A stretch of DNA of 51,058 bases from a virus. Positions within the stretch are counted from its first letter, which is position 1. Each line of letters begins with the position of its first letter. The DNA lies in the IMG/VR virus record IMGVR_UViG_3300015203_000011, positions 1 through 51,058 of that record. One strand, 5' to 3'. The notes under the pieces were generated by a model. That model was not told the DNA's origin, ran no database searches, and saw nothing but the letters and a program-made list of their open reading frames with translations. This document shows, in pieces, positions 43,175-50,459 of the stretch. The translations under genes and the position numbers were made by a program.

Positions 43175-43441
43175 CTAGTGTTTCGTAAATAAATCAATGT
43201 ATTGTTGCTCTTTCCAATCCTTGTCTTGGCAATAGAGCATAGAGTATTTCAGGTAGCCTGCTGTAAGCATCCGAGATGAGAGTGATTGCTCTTCGACAAG
43301 ATTGATGTAAAAACAGTCATCTGCAATAGTTGCTATGGGTTTTCCTTGGTTCAACAAAATCTCATACATTTCATAGATGGCTATGAGATCTGCATTTGTC
43401 TCTGGAAGGTCTACAATCTTGTCATCTTTTTTCTTTTTCAT
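43175..43441 (-). CDS. Hypothetical protein
   Basis: 88-aa ORF. Confidence 0.5.
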   Translation of the reverse strand: MKKKKDDKIVDLPETNADLIAIYEMYEILLNQGKPIATIADDCFYINLVEEQSLSSRMLTAGYLKYSMLYCQDKDWKEQQYIDLFTKH

Positions 43442-43797
43442 CCGAGGTTATTCCGACGCCAATTTGGGGCTTTTTTAGGAAAGGCTAATTGCATAGACAT
43501 GCTATCGGATATTTCTTTCAATCTATCCTCTACCTCGTCAAGATTGTAAAAATCAATCTTGTTCCGAAATGCTAAAGCTTTTACCTTTTGACCAATCAAC
43601 TGCACATCTGATATTTTCATATCTATGGAATTCAAATATTCTGCGACGTGTTCTATTGAGATGTAGAGGTTATTCTTAAATATGATTGCATCGATCTCTT
43701 TCACCTTGCTCATATCACAATAAAATCCAAATTTTCCTAACAAATCATTCAATGACAATATCACAGGGTGAGTATCATTTTTGATTGTTGTCCACAT
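43438..43797 (-). CDS. Hypothetical protein
   Basis: 119-aa ORF. Confidence 0.5.
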   Translation of the reverse strand: MWTTIKNDTHPVILSLNDLLGKFGFYCDMSKVKEIDAIIFKNNLYISIEHVAEYLNSIDMKISDVQLIGQKVKALAFRNKIDFYNLDEVEDRLKEISDSMSMQLAFPKKAPNWRRNNLG

Positions 43798-43798
43798 T

Positions 43799-44062
43799 TT
43801 ATTTGCTCTTTTTGTGCGGTTTTGGTGCTACATCTTCCTTTTTGCTGCCTGATTGAAAAATCTCTTGACTCTTATCATCAACTTTTGGTGGATTGAACTC
43901 CTCTGAAGTCCGCTCTTGGACAAGACTCGCGCGATCCACAATGCGGTGTGTCCTTAAGTCTAAAAAAACGCGATACCCAAGTGCGCCAGCAAGAAACAAT
44001 ACTGCCAAAAGAACAAACTTCCTATTCATTTTTTTCACCTTTTTCCATGTTTTTTTCTTCAT
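43799..44062 (-). CDS. Membrane-anchored protein
   Basis: TM segment FVLLAVLFLAGALGY. The start may be the internal Met at 44029. Confidence 0.45.
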   Translation of the reverse strand: MKKKTWKKVKKMNRKFVLLAVLFLAGALGYRVFLDLRTHRIVDRASLVQERTSEEFNPPKVDDKSQEIFQSGSKKEDVAPKPHKKSK

Positions 44063-44240
44063 TTTTTACTCGTGTTAAAAAGTTTAACAATCTAATAACT
44101 TTCAATTTATTGAGTTTTTCGCCTTCACGAATGGATAACTCATCTACTCTTACGTATTCAACACAACTACCATCCTCACGAACCCATGTTGTTTCGACTA
44201 TATCGAATCCGGTAGGTTGATCTCGTAAAACGAATGTCAT
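44022..44240 (-). CDS. Hypothetical protein
   Basis: 72-aa ORF. Confidence 0.45.
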   Translation of the reverse strand: MTFVLRDQPTGFDIVETTWVREDGSCVEYVRVDELSIREGEKLNKLKVIRLLNFLTRVKNEEKNMEKGEKNE

Positions 44241-44368
44241 TTTTTTGCCTTTTTTCTAGCTTTTTTCTGTTCCTGCAGAAAAAATAGCCAAGTTGTTGCT
44301 GCCAAATTTCCGATTATGATGGCTACTGCTATGGCCGTAGATTCAATAATTATTTGTACTAGTGTCAT
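44237..44368 (-). CDS. 43-aa small membrane protein (not in ORF track)
   Basis: Product is MTLVQIIIESTAIAVAIIIGNLAATTWLFFLQEQKKARKKAKK, with ATGA overlaps on both sides. Confidence 0.4.
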   Translation of the reverse strand: MTLVQIIIESTAIAVAIIIGNLAATTWLFFLQEQKKARKKAKK

Positions 44369-44544
44369 TCCCAATCCTGTATGTCTAGAAAACGTTCAAG
44401 TACGTATTCTGCTTCAGCGCGTAGTCGTTGCACATTATCATGTAAAAGGGCAGCATTTGTGCTGATTCTACCTTTAGTCTCTTGCTCAGCTTCTTCAAGA
44501 AATTCAAGGGCTTTCATAAGCGCATTTTGTGTGGTTAGGTTCAT
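44365..44544 (-). CDS. 59-aa hypothetical protein (not in ORF track)
   Basis: Product starts MNLTTQNALMKALEFLEEAEQETKG... It is the first gene after the promoter at 44568-44596. Confidence 0.4.
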   Translation of the reverse strand: MNLTTQNALMKALEFLEEAEQETKGRISTNAALLHDNVQRLRAEAEYVLERFLDIQDWE

Positions 44545-44567
44545 AAAATTTCCTATGTAGTTCTTGT

Positions 44568-44596
44568 ATCCTACTTCAAAAAATAAATCTTGTCAA
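44568..44596 (-). promoter_or_regulatory. Promoter TTGACA-17-TAGGAT (leftward replication operon)
   Basis: Reverse complement of 44591-44596 and 44568-73. Confidence 0.5.
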
Positions 44597-44647
44597 GAGT
44601 TGCTTTTCTTGGATTGGGTTGTTATCTTAACAATGGAGGCAGATTTT

Positions 44648-45070
44648 ATGATTTACATTTTGTCATTCATTGCTATGTTCGAGTCATTCACACACGACCC
44701 CTACCATGACAGGGCTCAAAATACGGTAGGTTATGGCTCCAAAGCTACTGAAAAGATGTGTATTACTGAGGATTATGCCTTGGCAATGCTGCAACGTGAT
44801 GTAATGTATCACTATTCTAGGGTCTCTAAGCTAAAAAATTTGAACGCCTGCCAAGTGGCGGCCTTAACTAGCTTCAGCTATAACGTAGGTTATGGGGCAT
44901 TTAGGGCCTCTAGGGTCTATAAAGAGGCAAAGGCTGGTAGATTACATGGTGCAGCTGATGCCCTCGATTCCTGGGTCTTTAAATCAGGCAAAAAAATGAC
45001 GGGCCTTGTAGCCCGTCGTAAGGTAGAAAAGAGGGTATTTTTGGCCTCTAATCTAAATGGATGCCGATAA
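44648..45070 (+). CDS. Second GH24 lysozyme-like protein, on the opposite strand to its neighbours
   Basis: Motifs FESFTHDPYHDRAQNTVGYG (Glu-Asp-Thr pattern), LTSFSYNVGYGAF and GLVARRKVE. GGAGG lies upstream of the ATG at 44648. Confidence 0.7.
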   Translation: MIYILSFIAMFESFTHDPYHDRAQNTVGYGSKATEKMCITEDYALAMLQRDVMYHYSRVSKLKNLNACQVAALTSFSYNVGYGAFRASRVYKEAKAGRLHGAADALDSWVFKSGKKMTGLVARRKVEKRVFLASNLNGCR

Positions 45071-45722
45071 TACGGCTTTTATTAGCCTTTTTAACTTCTG
45101 GACCTGGTAGCGTATCTGCACTACAGGCTACCATAAAGAATGACTGGGCATTTACGTCATTGAACATTGTCATGTGCGTGTGTTCAAAGTCAAAATAGGT
45201 GCTAATATACGCTTTGCTTCCCCATGAGTTCGTGATTGCTTGGCATGCTTCAACACCTACAACATCCTCAATATGTCCACCTACGTGGTCTGCAAACATA
45301 AGAACCATGGCTATGCAACCTTTGTTCATCTGGTCCGCTGCATAGAAGTATGGTTCACATTGCCCTTTTTGCATTTCTACTAGGGTTACATGCTTTCCTC
45401 TGCTTTCGTAATAGGTATAGATATCCTCAGCTTGTGCGCCACCTGTGAGTACATCAACATGTGAGTCCTTTTCTATTTGTCGCCATTCTGCTTGCGTGGG
45501 TTCCCCATCTGCCTCATGTTGTTGCCTCTTGGCAACTGCTACTGACCATGGGAAGCAGTATCCAAAGATGGTTCCCACAAGGGACTGCGGATCTGTTATG
45601 AACAAGCCTTCATATGCATGATCTATAGGTTCTCTGGATTTTGGCTTAATCCACATTTCTGAGTTCGTATGTAATGAGATCAAGCTTACTGCTAAAAATA
45701 ATCCGATTAACAATTTCTTCAT
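45048..45722 (-). CDS. Secreted papain-like (clan CA-like) cysteine peptidase candidate
   Basis: Signal peptide MKKLLIGLFLAVSLISLH. Motifs GYCFPWS (Cys), GGHIEDVVGV (His) and TNSWGS 15 aa later, resembling the papain His...NSWG spacing. Confidence 0.5.
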   Translation of the reverse strand: MKKLLIGLFLAVSLISLHTNSEMWIKPKSREPIDHAYEGLFITDPQSLVGTIFGYCFPWSVAVAKRQQHEADGEPTQAEWRQIEKDSHVDVLTGGAQAEDIYTYYESRGKHVTLVEMQKGQCEPYFYAADQMNKGCIAMVLMFADHVGGHIEDVVGVEACQAITNSWGSKAYISTYFDFEHTHMTMFNDVNAQSFFMVACSADTLPGPEVKKANKSRIIGIHLD

Positions 45723-45725
45723 TTT

Positions 45726-46457
45726 TTACTCTACATTTGTCTCTGGAGGTGTTTCATCAATTGAGGTAGGAACTGGGATAACTTGTTCTGGTTCTGCCTG
45801 TTGTGGTAAAATAGCAGTGTCATGCGAACTTCCACCATCATTGCACATTGCTAGAACTTCTACATTTACATCGACGTTATCGTATTGAGGCAGATTGTCT
45901 TGTTTGAATCGATTGTGCATTGTTACTGTTGCTAGGCTTCCGAACTGATTGGTTTTCAGGGCGCAGTCGTCTACGCCTTCGACATATTCCGTGTGATTTA
46001 AGTATGCATAGTTTTTCTGATCGTTAGCATGTATTAAAAGGAGTACGTGACAATTAGTTTTCATTTTGTCTGCTATCCAATTAAATTGATTGCAGTTGTT
46101 TTCATCTAGACTTACCCTTACTATATTACTGAAGAGAGTGTGCAAGTACTCTTCAAGGGCGATATCAGGGGTTCCGCCTTGTGGAGTGTACTGTATGTCT
46201 TTTTCTATTTTAGATATTATTTCTGGAGATAGTTCTGATTTTATGATTCCCATTTCCGTTTCCAGTGCTGCAGTAGCAAAAATAGCACATGAATTAGGAC
46301 TGCTGAGTATTTGGGGGGTTGCTTTTGGGATAGCGGGTGGCGGACTGAATGTCAGTGGTTTCATCAGCGGTAGGTTTTTTGCATCTAGAGAAACTGTAGC
46401 GCAGCTCTGAAAGAGGCAACATGTTATTGAAAGAAATAATAGTCTATTCATGGTCAT
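45726..46457 (-). CDS. Secreted paralog of the 45048 gene (possible lipoprotein)
   Basis: Hydrophobic N-terminus ending in Cys residues. Motifs NSCAIFATAA, LNHTEYVEGV and TNQFGS. It shares IEKD and C..F..AD.M...C with the paralog. Confidence 0.5.
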   Translation of the reverse strand: MTMNRLLFLSITCCLFQSCATVSLDAKNLPLMKPLTFSPPPAIPKATPQILSSPNSCAIFATAALETEMGIIKSELSPEIISKIEKDIQYTPQGGTPDIALEEYLHTLFSNIVRVSLDENNCNQFNWIADKMKTNCHVLLLIHANDQKNYAYLNHTEYVEGVDDCALKTNQFGSLATVTMHNRFKQDNLPQYDNVDVNVEVLAMCNDGGSSHDTAILPQQAEPEQVIPVPTSIDETPPETNVE

Positions 46458-46798
46458 GCTTTCATAGTGTAGATTTTAACCTGGTCAGTCAATTCTAATT
46501 GTTCCAGTTGTCCGTCAAGCATAAAATAACGTCCGTAAAGTTTCAACTTTTTAATGATGAAGCATTTACAAATTCCTTTAATCCTTGTTGGATTAGTGAC
46601 GTCGCCATCCATATCAAATCCTATGTATTTTGTAGGATTCAAATTGAATTCTTCAATCGCTTTTAGTAAGTCAAAAAGATTGAATTGAGGTTGTAAACCG
46701 CCAAACTCGCCTGTTTCAAAATCTATACTGCTATAACCATCAATCAAAAACTGAAACTCTTTATTGCCTAGATAGACTGTAAAACTACTGAATGGCAT
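46454..46798 (-). CDS. Hypothetical cytoplasmic protein coupled to the peptidase-like genes
   Basis: 114 aa with no signal peptide. ATGA overlap with the 46457 gene. Confidence 0.5.
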   Translation of the reverse strand: MPFSSFTVYLGNKEFQFLIDGYSSIDFETGEFGGLQPQFNLFDLLKAIEEFNLNPTKYIGFDMDGDVTNPTRIKGICKCFIIKKLKLYGRYFMLDGQLEQLELTDQVKIYTMKA

Positions 46799-46816
46799 AT
46801 TTTTGCCTTTCGTTAA

Positions 46817-47029
46817 TTATTTTTTGACTTTCTTTTTAGCAACTTTTTTCTTTACGGGAGCCTTCTTTTTCGCGACTACTTTTTTCTTTGGTGCTTTTTT
46901 CAACGGATTTTCATGTCTTAAGTTCAAGTCTAAATCCAGAAAATATGATTCCCAAGCTTTTTTATCAAAAAGGGATTTTTGTTTCATCAAGCCTAGTTTC
47001 CTAAGTGCATCTTTCAATTTTTCTAACAT
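46817..47029 (-). CDS. Lys-rich histone H1-like tail protein
   Basis: C-terminus is KKAPKKKVVAKKKAPVKKKVAKKKVKK. Confidence 0.6.
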   Translation of the reverse strand: MLEKLKDALRKLGLMKQKSLFDKKAWESYFLDLDLNLRHENPLKKAPKKKVVAKKKAPVKKKVAKKKVKK

Positions 47030-47048
47030 TTTATTCTCCTATTTTCAT

Positions 47049-47077
47049 ATTCTAGCAGTTACTGGTATCTCTGTCAA
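47049..47077 (-). promoter_or_regulatory. Promoter TTGACA-17-TAGAAT
   Basis: Reverse complement of 47072-47077 and 47049-47054. AGGAG and the ATG follow. Confidence 0.7.
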
Positions 47078-47079
47078 GT

Positions 47080-48399
47080 CTAAAGTAACTTCGTAGCTAA
47101 TTCTGAGAGTTCTGAACGTTCGCCTTTATCGAGTTTTACATGGCCTGCAATCTTTTCATTTCTGAAACTGTTAACTACATGAATCAAACCATTATTAGTA
47201 GCATCTACGTAGGGATTGTCAATCTGTTCTGGGTCACCTGTAAGGATGATCTTGGTTCCTTCACCTGCTCTTGAGATAATAGTCTTCACTTCATGTGGCG
47301 TGAGATTCTGTGCCTCATCTACAATCATGTATTGTGAAGCGATTGACCGTCCGCGAATGTAGGTCAGTGGTTCAATTTGCATCAAGTTCAGATCAATGAG
47401 CTCTCTGTAACTTCTATTCCCCTTTTTGCTTCCCGGGTTTAGACCCATCAAAAACTCGACGTTGTCGAATATGGGTTGCATCCAAGGGTTCAATTTATCC
47501 TCAATCTCACCGGGTAGATATCCAATATCCTTGCCTAGAGGAAAAATTGGGCGGCTTACGAGCAATCTCAGGAATGTTCGTTCCTCTGCAACCTTTTGCA
47601 GGCCTGCTGCGATGGCTAGCAGAGTCTTCCCTGTACCTGCCTTACCTACTAGTGTTACTAGCTTAATAGAGTCATCAAGGAGTAGGTCTAGGGCGAACAG
47701 TTGCTCTTTATTCTTTGGTCTGATGCCCCAAGTAGCTAGTTTAGCCGTTTTGATTACACTAACACCATTTTCACTGCGTCTTGCAACTGCGGTATGGGAA
47801 GGATTCGTATTATCGGTAAGGATTACGAAGTCGTTGGGCGGAAGGTTTGCGAATTCCTTACCTTCTAGGCTACCTTGCTTGTAAAAACTATCGATTTTTT
47901 CTGTGGTGGCTAATTTTTCAGTAAATCCAGTGGGTAGAACATCAATTTCTACATATTTTGATTCGAAGTTTTCCGTTGGGATTCCTATGGCATCTGCTCT
48001 GATCCTCAGATTGGAGTCTTGGGTAAGGAAAACTACGGGTGTTTCCTTACTTTCATGGATGTCTAGAGCTACAGCTAATATGCGGGAGTCTTGTCCACGG
48101 TCGGATGAGATATCCAGAGGCAGCGTCTTGGCGGTTGTAGCGACTCGTAGAATGCCTTTATTGGGTAATTTTACGCCGGTTGAAAGGGAACCTTTTTCTC
48201 TAAGACCGTCAAGATTTCTGCTGATTTGTCTAGCGTTACGACCACGTTCTGATAGTTCTTTTTTGAAGTTGTCGATCTCTTCCACAACGTAAATAGGGAT
48301 TATTACAGTATGTTTTCCGAAGCTGAACATGGATGCTGGGTCGTGTAGTAGGACATTGGTATCCAAAACGAAGGTCTTAAGACTCTGTTTTTTAACCAT
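47080..48399 (-). CDS. PIN-domain / PhoH-like ATPase fusion (PhoH2/YlaK-like)
   Basis: PIN motifs VLDTNVLLHD and VVEEID. PhoH motifs GKAGTGKT and MIVDEAQN. Confidence 0.85.
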   Translation of the reverse strand: MVKKQSLKTFVLDTNVLLHDPASMFSFGKHTVIIPIYVVEEIDNFKKELSERGRNARQISRNLDGLREKGSLSTGVKLPNKGILRVATTAKTLPLDISSDRGQDSRILAVALDIHESKETPVVFLTQDSNLRIRADAIGIPTENFESKYVEIDVLPTGFTEKLATTEKIDSFYKQGSLEGKEFANLPPNDFVILTDNTNPSHTAVARRSENGVSVIKTAKLATWGIRPKNKEQLFALDLLLDDSIKLVTLVGKAGTGKTLLAIAAGLQKVAEERTFLRLLVSRPIFPLGKDIGYLPGEIEDKLNPWMQPIFDNVEFLMGLNPGSKKGNRSYRELIDLNLMQIEPLTYIRGRSIASQYMIVDEAQNLTPHEVKTIISRAGEGTKIILTGDPEQIDNPYVDATNNGLIHVVNSFRNEKIAGHVKLDKGERSELSELATKLL

Positions 48400-48419
48400 T
48401 TTTTCTCACCTCTGTCTAG

Positions 48420-48448
48420 ATACTATGCTCAAAATTCATAAAGTGCAA
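48420..48448 (-). promoter_or_regulatory. Promoter TTGCAC-17-TAGTAT
   Basis: Counted directly. GAGGTGAG and the ATG at 48399 follow. Confidence 0.55.
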
Positions 48449-48453
48449 GTGAT

Positions 48454-48483
48454 TTCCCCCTTTTTCGAAGAAAAAAGGGGGAA
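48454..48483. terminator. Hairpin terminator (bidirectional type)
   Basis: TTCCCCCTTTTT-loop-AAAAAGGGGGAA. Confidence 0.55.
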
Positions 48484-48498
48484 TTTCCGTTAGTGATA

Positions 48499-48714
48499 TC
48501 ACAATTTGTAGTCAATATATTCGTTAAATTCAATCAAATCTATGGCTTTACGGTGTTCTTTGGGCATATTTTCCATCATTGTTTGATAATATAAAAGTGC
48601 AAAAAACTCATCTACATTGCATTTTTGAAAATACTCTCTGTTTGGATCATCGGGGTTTTCTAGAGCATTTTTCAATAAATTTTCAATTTTTCGTTCCTGT
48701 TTGGTTTTTTTCAA
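48499..48714 (-). CDS. Hypothetical protein
   Basis: 71-aa ORF. Confidence 0.5.
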   Translation of the reverse strand: MKKTKQERKIENLLKNALENPDDPNREYFQKCNVDEFFALLYYQTMMENMPKEHRKAIDLIEFNEYIDYKL

Positions 48715-49177
48715 AGCGAGCTCCTGTTAAATTAGCACTATAATAATTAATATTTGTAATATTAGCCTCTAAAAAATTTGAATTCTTTAGATCGGAATAT
48801 TCGAAACTGGCGTTTGTTAAATTAGCCCCTTGAAAGTCTGCATTATGGAGTATTGACTGTTCAAAATTTGCATTTTTACAATTTGCATTTTCGAAATTCG
48901 TATCGATAAGAATAGCTAAATAAAAATTTGCATTTGTTAAATTAGCAGATGAGAAATTTGCATTTCTCAAAATTGACCCATAGAAATTTATTCCTGATAA
49001 ATCGGCACTGCTAAAATCTAATCCTTTTAAATCTTTACCTTGGAAACTCACGTTTTGCCAATTTGGCCTCCTAGATTTTGTTAATCCTGATTTTAAACAT
49101 TGTTGATGTATTTCTAGGGCATCAATCAATTCTTTTTTATCTGCTTCATCGCAGATTTGGTTTAGTGTTTTTTTCAA
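48683..49177 (-). CDS. Pentapeptide-repeat protein
   Basis: About 20 consecutive A(D/N)LxX-type pentapeptides (ADLSGINFYGSILRNANFSSANLTNANF...). Confidence 0.85.
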   Translation of the reverse strand: MKKTLNQICDEADKKELIDALEIHQQCLKSGLTKSRRPNWQNVSFQGKDLKGLDFSSADLSGINFYGSILRNANFSSANLTNANFYLAILIDTNFENANCKNANFEQSILHNADFQGANLTNASFEYSDLKNSNFLEANITNINYYSANLTGARFEKNQTGTKN

Positions 49178-49449
49178 AATAAGCTCCTAATTCCGGCGAT
49201 TACCATTTCGATCGCTATCACGGCAAGTATGAATCCCATGAAACGTTCTAGAGCATTCAACGCATCTTCACTAAAGAATCGTTGCAGCCTAAATGAGAGC
49301 CATACTACCCCGAAACTGGCTGTCATGGCTAACAGAATAGCTGCAATGCATATGAGGGCGTTGGCTGAGTGTAGGACGATGTAGGCTAGAACTCCAGGTC
49401 CGGCTAGTAATGGCATGGCTATTGGGGTTACTGGAGTGTATTTTTTCAT
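49174..49449 (-). CDS. MarC-family (UPF0056) membrane protein, C-terminal half only
   Basis: TPIAMPLLAGPG and ERFMGFILAVIAIEMVIAG match the second half of MarC-family proteins. It has its own AAGGAG site. Confidence 0.75.
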   Translation of the reverse strand: MKKYTPVTPIAMPLLAGPGVLAYIVLHSANALICIAAILLAMTASFGVVWLSFRLQRFFSEDALNALERFMGFILAVIAIEMVIAGIRSLF

Positions 49450-50176
49450 AATTTACTCCTTTTTGGGCAAATGTTTCTTTTCGGAGAGTTCTTGTATGGT
49501 CTCTTCAATTTGTTTAATAGTCTCACTGAAAATTTTACTTAGCCAAGGTTCGACATCCTTTTCCCTAGCTGTACTTTCCGTGTCTTTTTCTGTCATATTT
49601 ACTCCTTTTTGAACATTATATTGTTTTGTACATAGTTGAATAGATTTTCAACTTGTTGAAATGTAAAGTTACTTTTCATAAAATTTGCTCTTGCTGAAAT
49701 GATTGCAATATTTCCTTTTATGTAGCCTTTTGTATTGTCTATTCTATCTATTGCTGGAGAATCTGATTGTAAACTTGTATTTTTTTGATTTAGTTTTATT
49801 CCTAGAATTGGGCAGTATTCAGGAATACTAATATCTGATATTTCTATATTAAATTCTAAACCTAATCTTTTTGCTCGACCTTTAGCTCGTAAGAATATAG
49901 TTAGTGGTTTATCTTCGCGTATTTTTTTATGGTATTTGGAGCATGCTTTTTTAATTTCATCTTTATTATTTTTATAATATTGAATATTATAATTCTTACT
50001 TTTTTCTTTATTTTCTTGTCTCCACTTCATACCGTATAATTGTAATTTTTTAGTATCGTCAAGAGCTTTTATTGTTCTATTATGTAAATTAAAACATTCT
50101 CTGTGGTATAACCCGCAATGTTTTTTATCTTTTGTGCTCTGGTCTTGTATTTCTATCTTGCATAAATTACAAATTC
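49450..50176 (-). mobile_element. Insertion separating the two MarC halves (HNH gene plus 47-aa ORF)
   Basis: It lies between MLFP... (the end of the N-half) and ...TPIAMPLLAGPG (the start of the C-half). It is visibly more AT-rich than the flanking sequence. Confidence 0.6.
49453..49596 (-). CDS. 47-aa hydrophilic ORF, in frame with the MarC C-half (separated by TAA ATT)
   Basis: Product is MTEKDTESTAREKDVEPWLSKIFSETIKQIEETIQELSEKKHLPKKE. Confidence 0.3.
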   Translation of the reverse strand: MTEKDTESTAREKDVEPWLSKIFSETIKQIEETIQELSEKKHLPKKE

Positions 50177-50180
50177 TCAT
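49599..50180 (-). CDS. HNH (His-Me finger) homing-endonuclease-like protein
   Basis: Has an N-terminal Cys cluster and CPILGI...SPAIDRIDNTKGYIKGNIAIISARAN, typical of phage HNH endonucleases. Confidence 0.7.
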   Translation of the reverse strand: MRICNLCKIEIQDQSTKDKKHCGLYHRECFNLHNRTIKALDDTKKLQLYGMKWRQENKEKSKNYNIQYYKNNKDEIKKACSKYHKKIREDKPLTIFLRAKGRAKRLGLEFNIEISDISIPEYCPILGIKLNQKNTSLQSDSPAIDRIDNTKGYIKGNIAIISARANFMKSNFTFQQVENLFNYVQNNIMFKKE

Positions 50181-50455
50181 ATGTTTGACCTAGGAAAAAG
50201 CATCTGCAGTGCGATGAGGAACAGGATTATTCCGCCACTGATCTGTATGCTGTAGAGACCTAGACCCATGAAACCTAGCACTGTTGAACCTGCGATTGCG
50301 AAAAATAACATGATTCCTAAAGCTATTAAAAATTCTCTACGAATTAATTTTTGCGGGTTTACTTCATTTCGCAGTAGTACTAATAGCAAGGGGATGGCGC
50401 CGAGAATATCAATTACGAGGAACAGGGTTACTGCGAGTGGAAGTATTTCTTTCAT
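50177..50455 (-). CDS. MarC-family membrane protein, N-terminal half only
   Basis: LGAIPLLLVLL, then IQISGGIILFLIALQMLFP. The stop overlaps the HNH ATG (ATGA). The start is taken at the internal Met (MKEILPL). Confidence 0.75.
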   Translation of the reverse strand: MKEILPLAVTLFLVIDILGAIPLLLVLLRNEVNPQKLIRREFLIALGIMLFFAIAGSTVLGFMGLGLYSIQISGGIILFLIALQMLFPRSNI

Positions 50456-50459
50456 TTTA

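Noticed and set aside
44648-44690. SAR (signal-anchor-release) endolysin N-terminus on the second lysozyme
   Set aside because: The hydrophobic stretch MIYILSFIAMF is only about 11 residues and runs straight into the catalytic Glu. It is too short for a membrane span.
46803-47096. 97-aa Phe-rich plus-strand ORF
   Set aside because: It is the antisense image of the Lys-rich (AAA/AAG) coding sequence at 46817..47029.
47426-48292. Two long plus-strand ORFs (152 and 129 aa) antisense to the PIN-PhoH gene. The same pattern occurs at 38740..39141, 23484..23867, 13442..13717, 10215..10976, 9083..9361, 3964..4248, 3156..3338 and elsewhere
   Set aside because: They are shadow ORFs opposite genes whose products carry clear family motifs. 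Their own products are Ser/Arg/Leu-rich with no start signals.
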